The notes: generated from the letters alone by a model not told the origin. A DNA stretch of 51,972 bases from an uncultured Microthrixaceae bacterium (GCA_964470715.1 CAYYDZ010000005.1:1-51972); one strand, 5' to 3'; shown: positions 1 to 8,581, counted from the first letter of the stretch. Program-made: numbers and translations.

Positions 1-61
1 CGCACCGAATCTGCTGAGGTCCCGAGGCGTGCGGCCTCGATCAGTCCCCCTCAGATCCCCG

Positions 62-70
62 TGTTGTGAT
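62..70 (+). promoter_or_regulatory. Extended -10 half (TGn-TGTGAT) of the IS110 circle-junction promoter
   Basis: TG at 62-63 and TGTGAT at 65-70. This lies 17 nt after TTGACA (1442-1447) when 1454 is joined to 55. Confidence 0.65.
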
Positions 71-75
71 GGGTC

Positions 76-255
76 CACCGGCACGGAGCGACGGCTTCGT
101 ACGGTCGAAGGCCGGGCCGTGGGCTGACCCATCTCAGATCTCGACCCCTGCGGGGTGTCCTCGTTCGGAAGTGTCGCCCTCGGCCCGGACCTTCGGAACC
201 GGTCTGACTTGATAGGAGCGTTGATCTCTCAACGGGGATGTGTCGACCGGTCCTC
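76..255 (+). ncRNA. Putative IS110 bridge RNA (5' hairpin, target-binding loop ~114-186, donor-binding loop ~198-251)
   Basis: 164-171 TTCGGAAG is the reverse complement of 1454-1461; 212-219 ATAGGAGC equals 1447-1454; 232-239 ACGGGGAT is the reverse complement of 55-62; 129-137 CCATCTCAG matches 46-54 at 7/9. Closing stems: 114-119/181-186, 121-128/173-179, 198-208/242-251. The 5' and 3' ends are estimates. Confidence 0.8.
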
Positions 256-284
256 TCACCCTAACGATCCGAGAGGAGCTCATA

Positions 285-1445
285 ATGGACAGGAAGTCGA
301 CCAGGAACACCCGCGACATGGCCGGGGTGCCCGATGCCGGCAACGTGGTCGGTGCCGACCCCCACAAGCACACCGTGACCGCGAGCGTGCTCGACGAACG
401 AGGCGGGGTGCTGGGAACCGGGACGTTCCGTGTGTCCGGGGACGGGCACCGTGCCATGGAAGCTTGGGCGCTCGAGTTCGGACCGATCGCCCGTTGGGGG
501 ATCGAAGGTGCCGGTGGCCTCGGCCGCCACACCGCCATGTACCTGATCGGCCAGGGTCACGACGTCCGTGACGTGTGCCCGAACCGCACCGCGGAGCAGT
601 CCCGCCGGCGACGCGACGGCAAGACCGACGCGCTGGACTCGGCGCGGGTCGCTCGCGAGACCCAGGCCGACCCGGCCATGCCGACCGCGTTCAAACGCGC
701 CGCGGGCGACGCCGGACCCGACGAGACCCACGAGCTGTTGGCCTTGTGGCACAACGCCCGACGGTCGATCCTCAAGTCCCGCCAGCATCTCCTCAACGAG
801 GCTGAGCACCTCCTCAACGATCTGCCAGAAGCGCTGCGAGCGGAGCTGCCCGAGACCAGCGAGGTCCGCGCCCGGCTCCGAGCCCTCGCTCACCGTGACG
901 CCTCGGCGGCCTGGGATCCGGCGACTACATTGCGGCTCCGACTGCTCGACGGTCACACCGCCACGGTCGCCGACCTCGACGCCCAGGACCGAGAGGCGGC
1001 CACCGAGCTGCGCCGCCTCGGCCGAGTCGCAGGGTCGACGCTCCATGAGCTGTGCGGGATCGCGGAACGGATCGAGGCCGAGCTGCTCGTGGAGGTCGGG
1101 GACCCCCGCCGCTTCACCGGCGAGGGGGGCTTCGCCCGCTTCAACGGGACCGCGCCCCTACCGGCCTCCTCAGCCGAAGGCGACGGGGAGCCGGTCCGTC
1201 ACCGGCTCAATCGGGGCGGCAACCGCCGAGTCAACGCGTGCCTGCACCGCATGGCCGTGACCCAGCTGCGCTGCGAACCCCGCGCTCGCAAGATCTACGA
1301 CAACGCCCGTCGGCGCGGCCACACCAAGAAAGAAGCCATGCGCATCCTCAAACGACACCTCAGCGATGTCGTCTACCGGCGAATGACCCTCGACCTCCAG
1401 GCCCGCCAGGCGGCTCAGGCACCAGCCCTACAGGTCGCCTCTTGA
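285..1445 (+). CDS. IS110-family transposase / bridge recombinase
   Basis: RuvC-like DEDD motifs GADPHK, GIEGAG, KTDALD; C-terminal Tnp domain FARFNGTAPLPASS with the candidate catalytic Ser. ATG 285 follows GAGAGGAG (271-278); the ORF track start at 240 lies inside the predicted ncRNA. Confidence 0.95.
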   Translation: MDRKSTRNTRDMAGVPDAGNVVGADPHKHTVTASVLDERGGVLGTGTFRVSGDGHRAMEAWALEFGPIARWGIEGAGGLGRHTAMYLIGQGHDVRDVCPNRTAEQSRRRRDGKTDALDSARVARETQADPAMPTAFKRAAGDAGPDETHELLALWHNARRSILKSRQHLLNEAEHLLNDLPEALRAELPETSEVRARLRALAHRDASAAWDPATTLRLRLLDGHTATVADLDAQDREAATELRRLGRVAGSTLHELCGIAERIEAELLVEVGDPRRFTGEGGFARFNGTAPLPASSAEGDGEPVRHRLNRGGNRRVNACLHRMAVTQLRCEPRARKIYDNARRRGHTKKEAMRILKRHLSDVVYRRMTLDLQARQAAQAPALQVAS

Positions 1446-1447
1446 CA
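1442..1447 (+). promoter_or_regulatory. -35 hexamer TTGACA at the IS right end
   Basis: Consensus TTGACA, containing the transposase stop codon TGA (1443-1445). Confidence 0.7.
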
Positions 1448-1559
1448 TAGGAGCTTCCGAAGCGCCCCATTGCCTCGAGATCGCGGTGTCCCGCAGTCGA
1501 TGGGGCCGCGCGGAGCCCCGGGGCTCCGAGGCGGAGTCGCACGGTGAGGGCGGTCACCT

Positions 1560-3566
1560 GTGGTGACTACCGTGGATCATGTGCGCCTCGCCCCGTCGGC
1601 CGGTAGCGGCTTTCGTCGGGACATCCAGGGGCTGCGGGCCCTCGCGGTGCTCCTGGTCGTCTTCTACCACGCCGGGTGGGGGTTCTCCGGAGGCTTCGTC
1701 GGCGTCGACGTGTTCTTCGTGGTCTCCGGCTTCGTGATCACCGGCATGCTCCTGCGCGAATTCGATTCGTCGGCATCCATACGACTGCGCTTGTTCTACG
1801 CCCGGCGGGCCAGACGACTGCTCCCGGCATTGGCGCTGCTGCTCGTCGTGGTCCTGGTCGCCTCGACGTGGATACTCAGCCCCTTCGGTCAACAGCAGTG
1901 GGCGGCTCGCACTGCGGCGGCGGCCTGTGCGTTCGTGGCGAACCTCTACTTGTACAAGAGCCTGGCCGGCTACTTCGCGCCGGCCGCCGAGACCAACCCG
2001 TTCCTGCACCTTTGGACCCTCTCGGTGGAAGAGCAGTTCTACCTCGTGCTGCCTGCCGTGCTGCTCGTCGCTCTCCGTGTCCGCGCACGGGTCGCGCCAC
2101 TCCGGTCGTCGCGCCTCGCGGTCGGCGTGGTCATGGGAGCGCTGTCGTTCGGGTCGCTGGCGCTCTGTTGGTCGCTCACCAGCGGCCACCGTCCGATTCC
2201 GGTCGCCGATCCCCGCCGGTTCGCCTTCTTCTCGACCCTCACCCGGATGTGGGAGTTCGGCGGCGGTGTGCTGTTGGCCGTCGCCGGTCGACGACTGGCG
2301 GCACTCGGGGAGCGGACCGGCCTGGTCGCGGGGCTTCTCGGCGGCGCATTGGTGCTCTGGGCTTCGCTGCGCTTCGACGCCGACACCGCGTTCCCCGGCA
2401 TCGCGGCCCTCCTGCCGGTGGGGGGGACCGTCCTGTTGATCGTGGCCGGTGCGGCGTCGGCGCAGGTCGCCCGACCGCTGGAATGGCGACCGCTGACCTG
2501 GCTGGGGGACCGCTCCTACAGCTGGTATCTCTGGCACTGGCCGTGCATCGTGTTCGCCCGTGTGCTCTGGCCGGGCAATTCTCCGGTGGTCACCGCAGCG
2601 GCCCTGCTCTCACTCGTGCCTGCGGTGCTGGCCTACCAGCTCGTGGAGCGACCCCTCCGCGAGCGGCGGTCCGTGATCGGCTGGCGTGCGGTCCGGCTCA
2701 CCGCGGCCTGCCTCGCGGTTCCCTTGCTGGTGGGCGGAGCGGTCGCCGTCCGCTCGGGCGCCGTCCGGGCCGAGGAGACGGCATCGGCTGCTGCCCACCC
2801 CCACCGGGAGGGCGCGCTCCCCGACCCGGCGCAGCTCGCGGAGCGCACGGCGGCCATCCGTGCCGGGTGCCTCGGCGACCCAGGGGGACCGGAATGGCCG
2901 GCGTCGGACTGCACTTTCGGCGCGGCCAGCGGCGAGGGGACGGTGTTGCTCCTTGGTGACTCCAAGGCCGCCGCCCTCGCCGATGTCACCACCGAGGCCG
3001 CCAGCGCAGCGCACCGTCGCACCGCGGTCTGGACGCGAGCCGCGTGCCCGTTCCTGGTGCCGAGCAGCTACGTGCCCCACGATTGTGCGGACTGGGAAGC
3101 GGCCGCGTTCCAGCTGGTCGACGAGCTCGACCCCGATCTCGTCGTCTTGTCGAACCGCACTCCGAACGACACCACCGAGGACGACTTCGACTACTGGGCC
3201 GCGCAGCTCGACGCCACCCTCGATCGACTCGACGAGATGGGGGTGCCCGCCCTGCTCGTCTCGGATTCGCCGGAGCTCCCCGCCGAGCCCGTGCAGGCCT
3301 TGACCTCGGCGTCCCACGCGGTCGTCGTGCTCCCCGCGTCCGAGGCGCGGGCTCAGCTCGAGCCGATGCTGACGCGTGAACGGGCCGTCGTGGAAGGCCA
3401 TCCCGGCGACGCGGTCGTCGACACCATGCCCTCGGTCTGTGACCCCGACTGCCGGTCGGCGGGCGACGGTGCGTGGTGGTACTTCGACGCCCTCCATTTC
3501 ACGCCCCGGGGTGCAGCCCGGCTGATCGATCCCATCACTGCGGGTGTCGCCGGCCTCCTCGACTGA
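1560..3566 (+). CDS. Acyltransferase-3 + SGNH fusion (OafA/OatA-like O-acyltransferase)
   Basis: RRDIQGLRALAVLLVV, GGFVGVDVFFVVSGF, HLWTLSVEEQFY, GDRSYSWYLWHWP; C-terminal SGNH motifs LLGDS and DALH. Confidence 0.92.
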   Translation: MVTTVDHVRLAPSAGSGFRRDIQGLRALAVLLVVFYHAGWGFSGGFVGVDVFFVVSGFVITGMLLREFDSSASIRLRLFYARRARRLLPALALLLVVVLVASTWILSPFGQQQWAARTAAAACAFVANLYLYKSLAGYFAPAAETNPFLHLWTLSVEEQFYLVLPAVLLVALRVRARVAPLRSSRLAVGVVMGALSFGSLALCWSLTSGHRPIPVADPRRFAFFSTLTRMWEFGGGVLLAVAGRRLAALGERTGLVAGLLGGALVLWASLRFDADTAFPGIAALLPVGGTVLLIVAGAASAQVARPLEWRPLTWLGDRSYSWYLWHWPCIVFARVLWPGNSPVVTAAALLSLVPAVLAYQLVERPLRERRSVIGWRAVRLTAACLAVPLLVGGAVAVRSGAVRAEETASAAAHPHREGALPDPAQLAERTAAIRAGCLGDPGGPEWPASDCTFGAASGEGTVLLLGDSKAAALADVTTEAASAAHRRTAVWTRAACPFLVPSSYVPHDCADWEAAAFQLVDELDPDLVVLSNRTPNDTTEDDFDYWAAQLDATLDRLDEMGVPALLVSDSPELPAEPVQALTSASHAVVVLPASEARAQLEPMLTRERAVVEGHPGDAVVDTMPSVCDPDCRSAGDGAWWYFDALHFTPRGAARLIDPITAGVAGLLD

Positions 3567-3819
3567 CGGTCGACAACCACCGCAGACGTCGACGCATGGT
3601 TCAACCCCCGATCAGCAGCGGGTGGGTTCTCGGGGTCGTCCATCGGGAGGGGGCGGTGCCGGTTCGGGTGGTGGGTCGTTGCCGCGGGGGAAGGTGCAGC
3701 GGCCGGGGTGGCGGCCGGTGGTGGGGCGTCGACGATGACGTCGACCCCACGACGTCGCCGCGTTGCTCGTGCGCCGCACGCGGACAGAAGACACGTAGCG
3801 GGTCGCCCCCGCCGCCGCC

Positions 3820-4317
3820 TCACAACCCCCGCAGGTACCGGACCGGCGCCACCGGGTCGTCGTGCGGGTCGTCGACCACGGGCGCCGGCTCGTCGTCGTC
3901 GTAGGGGAGGGAGCGGTCGAGCCACATGGTGTCGAGGTAGGTGGGCAGGTCGGCGCGCCAGAGGGCGCCACGGACCTCGCACTCGACGAAGCGGCCGGCG
4001 CTGCGGCCGCCGCTCGCCCACGCGAAGCGGAAGGGCTGGCCATCCGGGCCGAGGCAGAGCTCGCCGCCGCCGGCGTGGTGGCGGTAGAGCGACACGGTGG
4101 GCAGCCGCTCGCGGGCCACGGACCCGAGGAAGTCGAAGTCCTCGATGAAGATGATCCAGGGCACCTCGTCGGCCCGACAGCGGCGGGCGTAGGCCACGAG
4201 CGGCCGCCACCACTCGACGAGGGGGGACTGCGCCGGCGGAGGCGTCCACAGCCGGTGGCGCACGGCGGCGGCGATGGGGCAGGCGGAGACGGGGAGGGAG
4301 ATGAGGTGGCTGTCCAT
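3820..4317 (-). CDS. Hypothetical protein (165 aa)
   Basis: Globular-looking ORF (MDSHLISLP...) with coding-like codon use; no family recognised. Confidence 0.6.
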   Translation of the reverse strand: MDSHLISLPVSACPIAAAVRHRLWTPPPAQSPLVEWWRPLVAYARRCRADEVPWIIFIEDFDFLGSVARERLPTVSLYRHHAGGGELCLGPDGQPFRFAWASGGRSAGRFVECEVRGALWRADLPTYLDTMWLDRSLPYDDDEPAPVVDDPHDDPVAPVRYLRGL

Positions 4318-4410
4318 GCCCCGAACGTACGAAGGGGGTCTGACGGGAATCCCGGCCAAACCCGCGACATCCCGGCGCCGCACGCGGCGCGGCCCCTAGA
4401 TTCCCGGCCC

Positions 4411-6009
4411 ATGGCGGCCAACCCGAACGCCCCTGGGATCTCCCGTCGCACCTTCCTCGCCGGCGCCGCCGCGTCCGGAGCGCTGCTCGCGGTCGGCTGC
4501 TCGAGCGACGGCGGTGGCAGCGGGAGCGAGGGAGCAGCGGCGACCACGACCACCCTGCCCGTCCCCGACCTGCCCGGCGACCCCTTCACCCTGGGCGTCG
4601 CCTCGGGCGACCCGCTCAGCGACTCGGTCATCCTCTGGACCCGCCTCGCACCAGAGCCACTCGCCGCCCGCGGCGGCATGCCACGGGGCGTCGACGTCCC
4701 CGTGCGCTGGGAGGTCCAGACCGCGGACGGGGGCGGGACCGTCGACGAGGGGGTCACCGTCGCGCCGGCCGACCACGGCCACACCGTCCACCTCGACGTC
4801 CAAGGCCTCGACCCCGACACGGCCTACCGCTACCGGTTCTCGGTCGGCGAGTTCACCTCCAACTGGGGTCGGGCCCGCACCCTGCCCGCGGAAGGGACGA
4901 CGCCCGACCGGTTCGTGATCGCCCAGGTCAGCTGCGCCCAGTACGACGCTGCCCGCTACGCCGCCTACCGCGACCTCGCCGAGCAGGAGCCCGACCTCGT
5001 CCTCTGCCTCGGCGACTACATCTACGAGCACCCGGGCGGCGACGTGCGCCCCGGTGTCATCACCGCCATCGACCTGGCCGACTACCGCTACCAGTACGCC
5101 CTCTACCGCACGGACCCGCAGCTGCGCCGGGCCCATGCGGTCGCCCCCTGGATCGTCACCTGGGACGACCACGAGGTGTCCAACAACTACGTCTCCGACA
5201 TGCCCGACCCCGAGAGCGAGTCCCCGAACTCGGCGGCACTGCTCGAGCGACGGGCGGCCGCCTACCGGGCCTGGTGGGAGAACATGCCCGTCCGCCTCGA
5301 CCCGCCCGACGGGCCCGACCTGGCCATCAACCGCCGCTTCGCGGTCGGCGACCTCGCCACGATCCACGTGCTCGACACCCGCCAGTACCGCACCGCGCTC
5401 GACTGCGAGACGGCGGCGGGCATCTCCGCCGGCCGGCGCTGCGACACCAGCACGGCGCCGACCACCACGGTGATGGGCGAGGACCAGGAGGCGTGGCTGG
5501 CCGAGGGCCTCGGCCAGGAGTCCACCTGGCACGTCCTCGCGCAGCAGATCGTGATGCACCAGTGGCGCTTCGGCCCGGGAGACGACACGGTGTGGAACCT
5601 CGACCAGTGGGACGGCTACCCGACCGCCCGCGGGCGCCTCTTCGCCGACCTCGCCGACGCCGCCGGCGCCCCGGTGGTGCTGACCGGCGACGTCCACACG
5701 AGCTGGGGCGCGAACCTCCTGGAGGACTTCGACGACCCGAGCTCCGACCAGGTGGGCGTCGAGCTCGTAGCCCCCGGCGTCGGCTCGTCGGGCGACGCCC
5801 TCGCCGCCGTCCAGGGCGTGCTCCTCGCCAACAACCCCCACATCGTCTACTCCGAGGTGGGCCACCGGGGCTGGGTGAAGAACACCCTGACCCCCGACGA
5901 GTGGACCGCGGAGTTCCGCCTCGTCGAAGACCACACCGACCCCGCCAGTCCCGTGACGGTGGACGCCACCCTGGTGACGCGGCCCGGCGAGGGCCTCACC
6001 CCGGCCTGA
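4411..6009 (+). CDS. phoD: Alkaline phosphatase D, Tat-exported lipoprotein
   Basis: Tat motif SRRTFL plus lipobox LAVGC; PFTLGVASGDP, LGDYIYE, TWDDHEVSNNY, NLDQWDGY, LTGDVH. Confidence 0.93.
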   Translation: MAANPNAPGISRRTFLAGAAASGALLAVGCSSDGGGSGSEGAAATTTTLPVPDLPGDPFTLGVASGDPLSDSVILWTRLAPEPLAARGGMPRGVDVPVRWEVQTADGGGTVDEGVTVAPADHGHTVHLDVQGLDPDTAYRYRFSVGEFTSNWGRARTLPAEGTTPDRFVIAQVSCAQYDAARYAAYRDLAEQEPDLVLCLGDYIYEHPGGDVRPGVITAIDLADYRYQYALYRTDPQLRRAHAVAPWIVTWDDHEVSNNYVSDMPDPESESPNSAALLERRAAAYRAWWENMPVRLDPPDGPDLAINRRFAVGDLATIHVLDTRQYRTALDCETAAGISAGRRCDTSTAPTTTVMGEDQEAWLAEGLGQESTWHVLAQQIVMHQWRFGPGDDTVWNLDQWDGYPTARGRLFADLADAAGAPVVLTGDVHTSWGANLLEDFDDPSSDQVGVELVAPGVGSSGDALAAVQGVLLANNPHIVYSEVGHRGWVKNTLTPDEWTAEFRLVEDHTDPASPVTVDATLVTRPGEGLTPA

Positions 6010-6712
6010 TCTCCTCGACGTCGAGGAGCAGCGGGCCGGCGTCGAAGTCGGCCAGCACCCGGTCCGCGTCGTCACCGAGGAGCAGCGCCCGGGCCAACGC
6101 CCCCTTTGCCGCCTTGGCGCCGTGGCCACCGGGCTTGCCGTCGGCGGTGGTGAGCACCGGGCGTAGCAGCCGGTAGCGGGACGGGTCGGGCAGCCAGGCC
6201 GCTCGGTGCTCCAGCGGGAGCAGGTCGACGACGGTGCGGCGCGCCAGGTGGCGGTTCAGGACCGCGGACAGCGGTTCGCGCCAGAACGCGTCGAGACGCC
6301 CCAGCCCCGGCGGGGCCACCGAGAGCTTGAGGCGGAAGTCGGGGACGGGGTCGCTCCAGGCCGTGAGCCCCGTGAGCGCCGAGACCACGACCACCGAGGA
6401 CCGGGCCCGCGCCTTGGGCTCGGCGGGCAGGTCGGCGGCGCCCAACGCGGTCCACACCACGCCGGTGAAGCGCCGCCACGCCGGCAGCGTCGGCGCCCCG
6501 AGGACGGACCGGTTGGCCTCGCGGGCGCGCTCGAGCAGCTCGCCCTTGGCCCCGAGAAGCTTCTCCGAGCCCCCGCCGGCGGCGACCAAGGCGTCGGCCA
6601 CGGCCCGCCGCTGGTCGGCGAGGCGCCCGAAGCGACCGGATGCCGGATCCCATCCAGCGCCCCGCCCGCCCGGTGCCTTGCCCTCCGAGGGCGGCAACAG
6701 GATGGTCAGCAC
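5996..6712 (-). CDS. yaaA: Peroxide stress protein YaaA (DUF328)
   Basis: ILLPPSEGK N-terminus, PAWRRFTGVVW, AKAAKG. Confidence 0.85.
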   Translation of the reverse strand: MLTILLPPSEGKAPGGRGAGWDPASGRFGRLADQRRAVADALVAAGGGSEKLLGAKGELLERAREANRSVLGAPTLPAWRRFTGVVWTALGAADLPAEPKARARSSVVVVSALTGLTAWSDPVPDFRLKLSVAPPGLGRLDAFWREPLSAVLNRHLARRTVVDLLPLEHRAAWLPDPSRYRLLRPVLTTADGKPGGHGAKAAKGALARALLLGDDADRVLADFDAGPLLLDVEEIRPG

Positions 6713-6909
6713 GCTGCGATCATGGCCGAACCCGGGTGCGCCGCCGCCACCCAACCGCCCCTGGGCGCCGGCTCGGCCCGGCGTTCGCAACGTGACGGAG
6801 CGGAGCGGAGTCGCGGCATCGCCGAACCGGATGCCGAAGGCGCTCCGAGGGACGAGGAGCCAGTGTGATGTGGGCTACGTTGCGTTTCCCCGACGACCGG
6901 AGGTTGGAC

Positions 6910-7311
6910 GTGGCCGAACAGGTCCCCCTGGTGGACTACCTCGTCTTGGGAGACGAGCCCCACCTGCAGGCGAACGAGTGCACCGCGTGCGGTGCCCGCT
7001 TCTTCGATCGGCGCAACGCGTGCGCCTCGTGTGGCAAGACCGAGTTCACCAAGGCGTCCATCGCCACCGAGGGTGTGCTGCGGTCCTTCACCATCGTGGC
7101 CTTCGCGGCGCCGGGCATCCCCGTGCCCTTCGTGGCCGGCATCATCGACTGCGACGGCACCCAGGTGCGGGCCAACGTCGTGGACGTCGAGCCCGACCCC
7201 GAGCACGTCACCCTGGGCATGAAGGTCACGCTCACCACCTTCCCGATCGGCGAGGACAGCGCCGGCACCGAAGCGATCGGCTTCGGCTTCGCACCCCTGG
7301 AGGCGAACTGA
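6910..7311 (+). CDS. Zn-ribbon + OB-fold (DUF35/ChsH2-like) protein
   Basis: CTACG and CASCG zinc knuckles, C-terminal OB-fold; RBS GGAGGT; stop overlaps the thiolase ATG. Confidence 0.88.
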   Translation: MAEQVPLVDYLVLGDEPHLQANECTACGARFFDRRNACASCGKTEFTKASIATEGVLRSFTIVAFAAPGIPVPFVAGIIDCDGTQVRANVVDVEPDPEHVTLGMKVTLTTFPIGEDSAGTEAIGFGFAPLEAN

Positions 7312-8513
7312 TGGCAAGTGACGACATCTGGATCCTCGGCATCACCATGACCAAGTTCGGCAAGCGCCCGGAGGACGACGTCGTCGACCTCGCCGCCGAG
7401 GCTGCGCTCGGGGCGCTCGCCGACGGTGGGGTGACCATCCAGGACATGGGCGTGCTCGCCGCCGGCAACCTCATGGGCGCGGCCGCCGGCATCGGCCAGC
7501 AGCTCCAGAAGCAGATCGGCCAGACCGGCATTCCCGTGTTCAACGTGGCCAACGCCTGCGCCACGGGCGCCACCGCCCTGCGCACGGCGATCATGGCGGT
7601 CAAGGCGGGCGAGTGCGACATGGGCCTGGCCGTCGGCGTCGAGAAGCTCTCCGGCGCCGGCCTGCTCTCGGGTGGCAGCCGCAAGGAGGACGCCGACACC
7701 TGGACGCCCAAGGGTCGCTTCGGTGCCGTGGCCGGCCTCGACGGTCGCGTCGGCACCGAGATCATGCCGGGCGTGTTCGCCCAGGTGGGCATGGAGTACG
7801 GCTACGAGCACGGCGGGGCCACCTTCGAGCTCTTCGCCCGCATCAGCGAGAAGAACCACTCGCATTCGACGCTCAACCCGCTGGCGGCTTACTCGAAGGC
7901 CATGACCCTCGAGCAGATCATGGGCGACATCATGATCGCCTACCCGAACACCCGGCCCATGTGCTCGGCCAACTGCGACGGCGCCGCCGCCGCGGTGGTG
8001 GTGTCCGACGCCAAGCTCAAGACCCTCGACCCCGACCAGCGCCGGCGGGCCATCAAGGTGTCGGCGTCGGTGCTCACCAGTGACCCGTGGGACGAGGGCT
8101 GCCAGCAGCTCCCCAACGTCAACACCCTCACCCGTCGGGCCGCGGTCCAGGCGTACGAGCAGGCCGGCGTGGCCCCCGAGGATCTCGACCTCGTCGAGCT
8201 CCACGACTGCTTCGCCACCGCCGAGCTGGTCCACTACGACAACCTGATGCTGTGCGCGCCCGGTGAGGCCGTGCCCTTCTTCGAGTCGGGGGCCACGTGG
8301 CGCACCGGCAGCACCCCGGTGAACGTGTCCGGCGGTCTCGAGTCCAAGGGCCACCCCATCGCGGCGACGGGCATCGCCAACATCTGGGAGGTGTGCCACC
8401 ACCTCCGCGGCGAGGCCGGCGACCGCCAGATCGAGGGCGCCAAGGTGGGTCTGGCCCACGTCATCGGCCTCGGCTCGGCCTGCGGCGTCCACATCCTCGA
8501 GAAGGCCGCCTGA
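7311..8513 (+). CDS. Thiolase family protein (SCP2/lipid-transfer type)
   Basis: NVANACATG, ELHDCF, NVSGGLESKGHPIAATG. Confidence 0.9.
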   Translation: MASDDIWILGITMTKFGKRPEDDVVDLAAEAALGALADGGVTIQDMGVLAAGNLMGAAAGIGQQLQKQIGQTGIPVFNVANACATGATALRTAIMAVKAGECDMGLAVGVEKLSGAGLLSGGSRKEDADTWTPKGRFGAVAGLDGRVGTEIMPGVFAQVGMEYGYEHGGATFELFARISEKNHSHSTLNPLAAYSKAMTLEQIMGDIMIAYPNTRPMCSANCDGAAAAVVVSDAKLKTLDPDQRRRAIKVSASVLTSDPWDEGCQQLPNVNTLTRRAAVQAYEQAGVAPEDLDLVELHDCFATAELVHYDNLMLCAPGEAVPFFESGATWRTGSTPVNVSGGLESKGHPIAATGIANIWEVCHHLRGEAGDRQIEGAKVGLAHVIGLGSACGVHILEKAA

Positions 8514-8539
8514 GACCCTCCACCGTTTGACCTGCACTC

Positions 8540-8572
8540 GACGCTCCTGGCCCCTCGTGGGCCGGGGGCGTC
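8540..8572. terminator. Hairpin between convergent thiolase and MFS genes
   Basis: GACGCTCCTGGCCC-ctcgt-GGGCCGGGGGCGTC, with G-U pairs. Confidence 0.55.
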
Positions 8573-8581
8573 GGGGTCGGG

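Larger units (their letters stand above)
55..1454 (+). mobile_element. IS110-family insertion sequence (long non-coding left end, very short right end, no terminal inverted repeats)
   Basis: Contains a DEDD/IS110 transposase. Ends are inferred from guide matches: left junction CTCAG|ATCCCCGT (50-62), right junction ATAGGAGC|TTCCGAA (1447-1461). Boundaries are uncertain by about 1 nt. Confidence 0.9.

Noticed and set aside
191-198. Second match CTTCGGAA to the right flank (reverse complement of 1455-1462)
   Set aside because: It lies in the linker between the two loops rather than opposite a left guide, so it is probably coincidental or a cUUCGg motif. It is not excluded as an accessory pairing.
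1442-1470. Outward hybrid promoter from the IS -35 driving the acyltransferase
   Set aside because: The hexamer 17 nt downstream is CCCCAT, which is not a credible -10 box.
3567-3819. Possible small Pro/His-rich peptide on the minus strand
   Set aside because: No clear start, RBS or -10 context, and no recognisable family.
3862-8513. Long N-terminal extensions of phoD, yaaA and the thiolase in the ORF track
   Set aside because: They overlap real genes on the other strand; family N-termini and promoter/RBS context give shorter starts.
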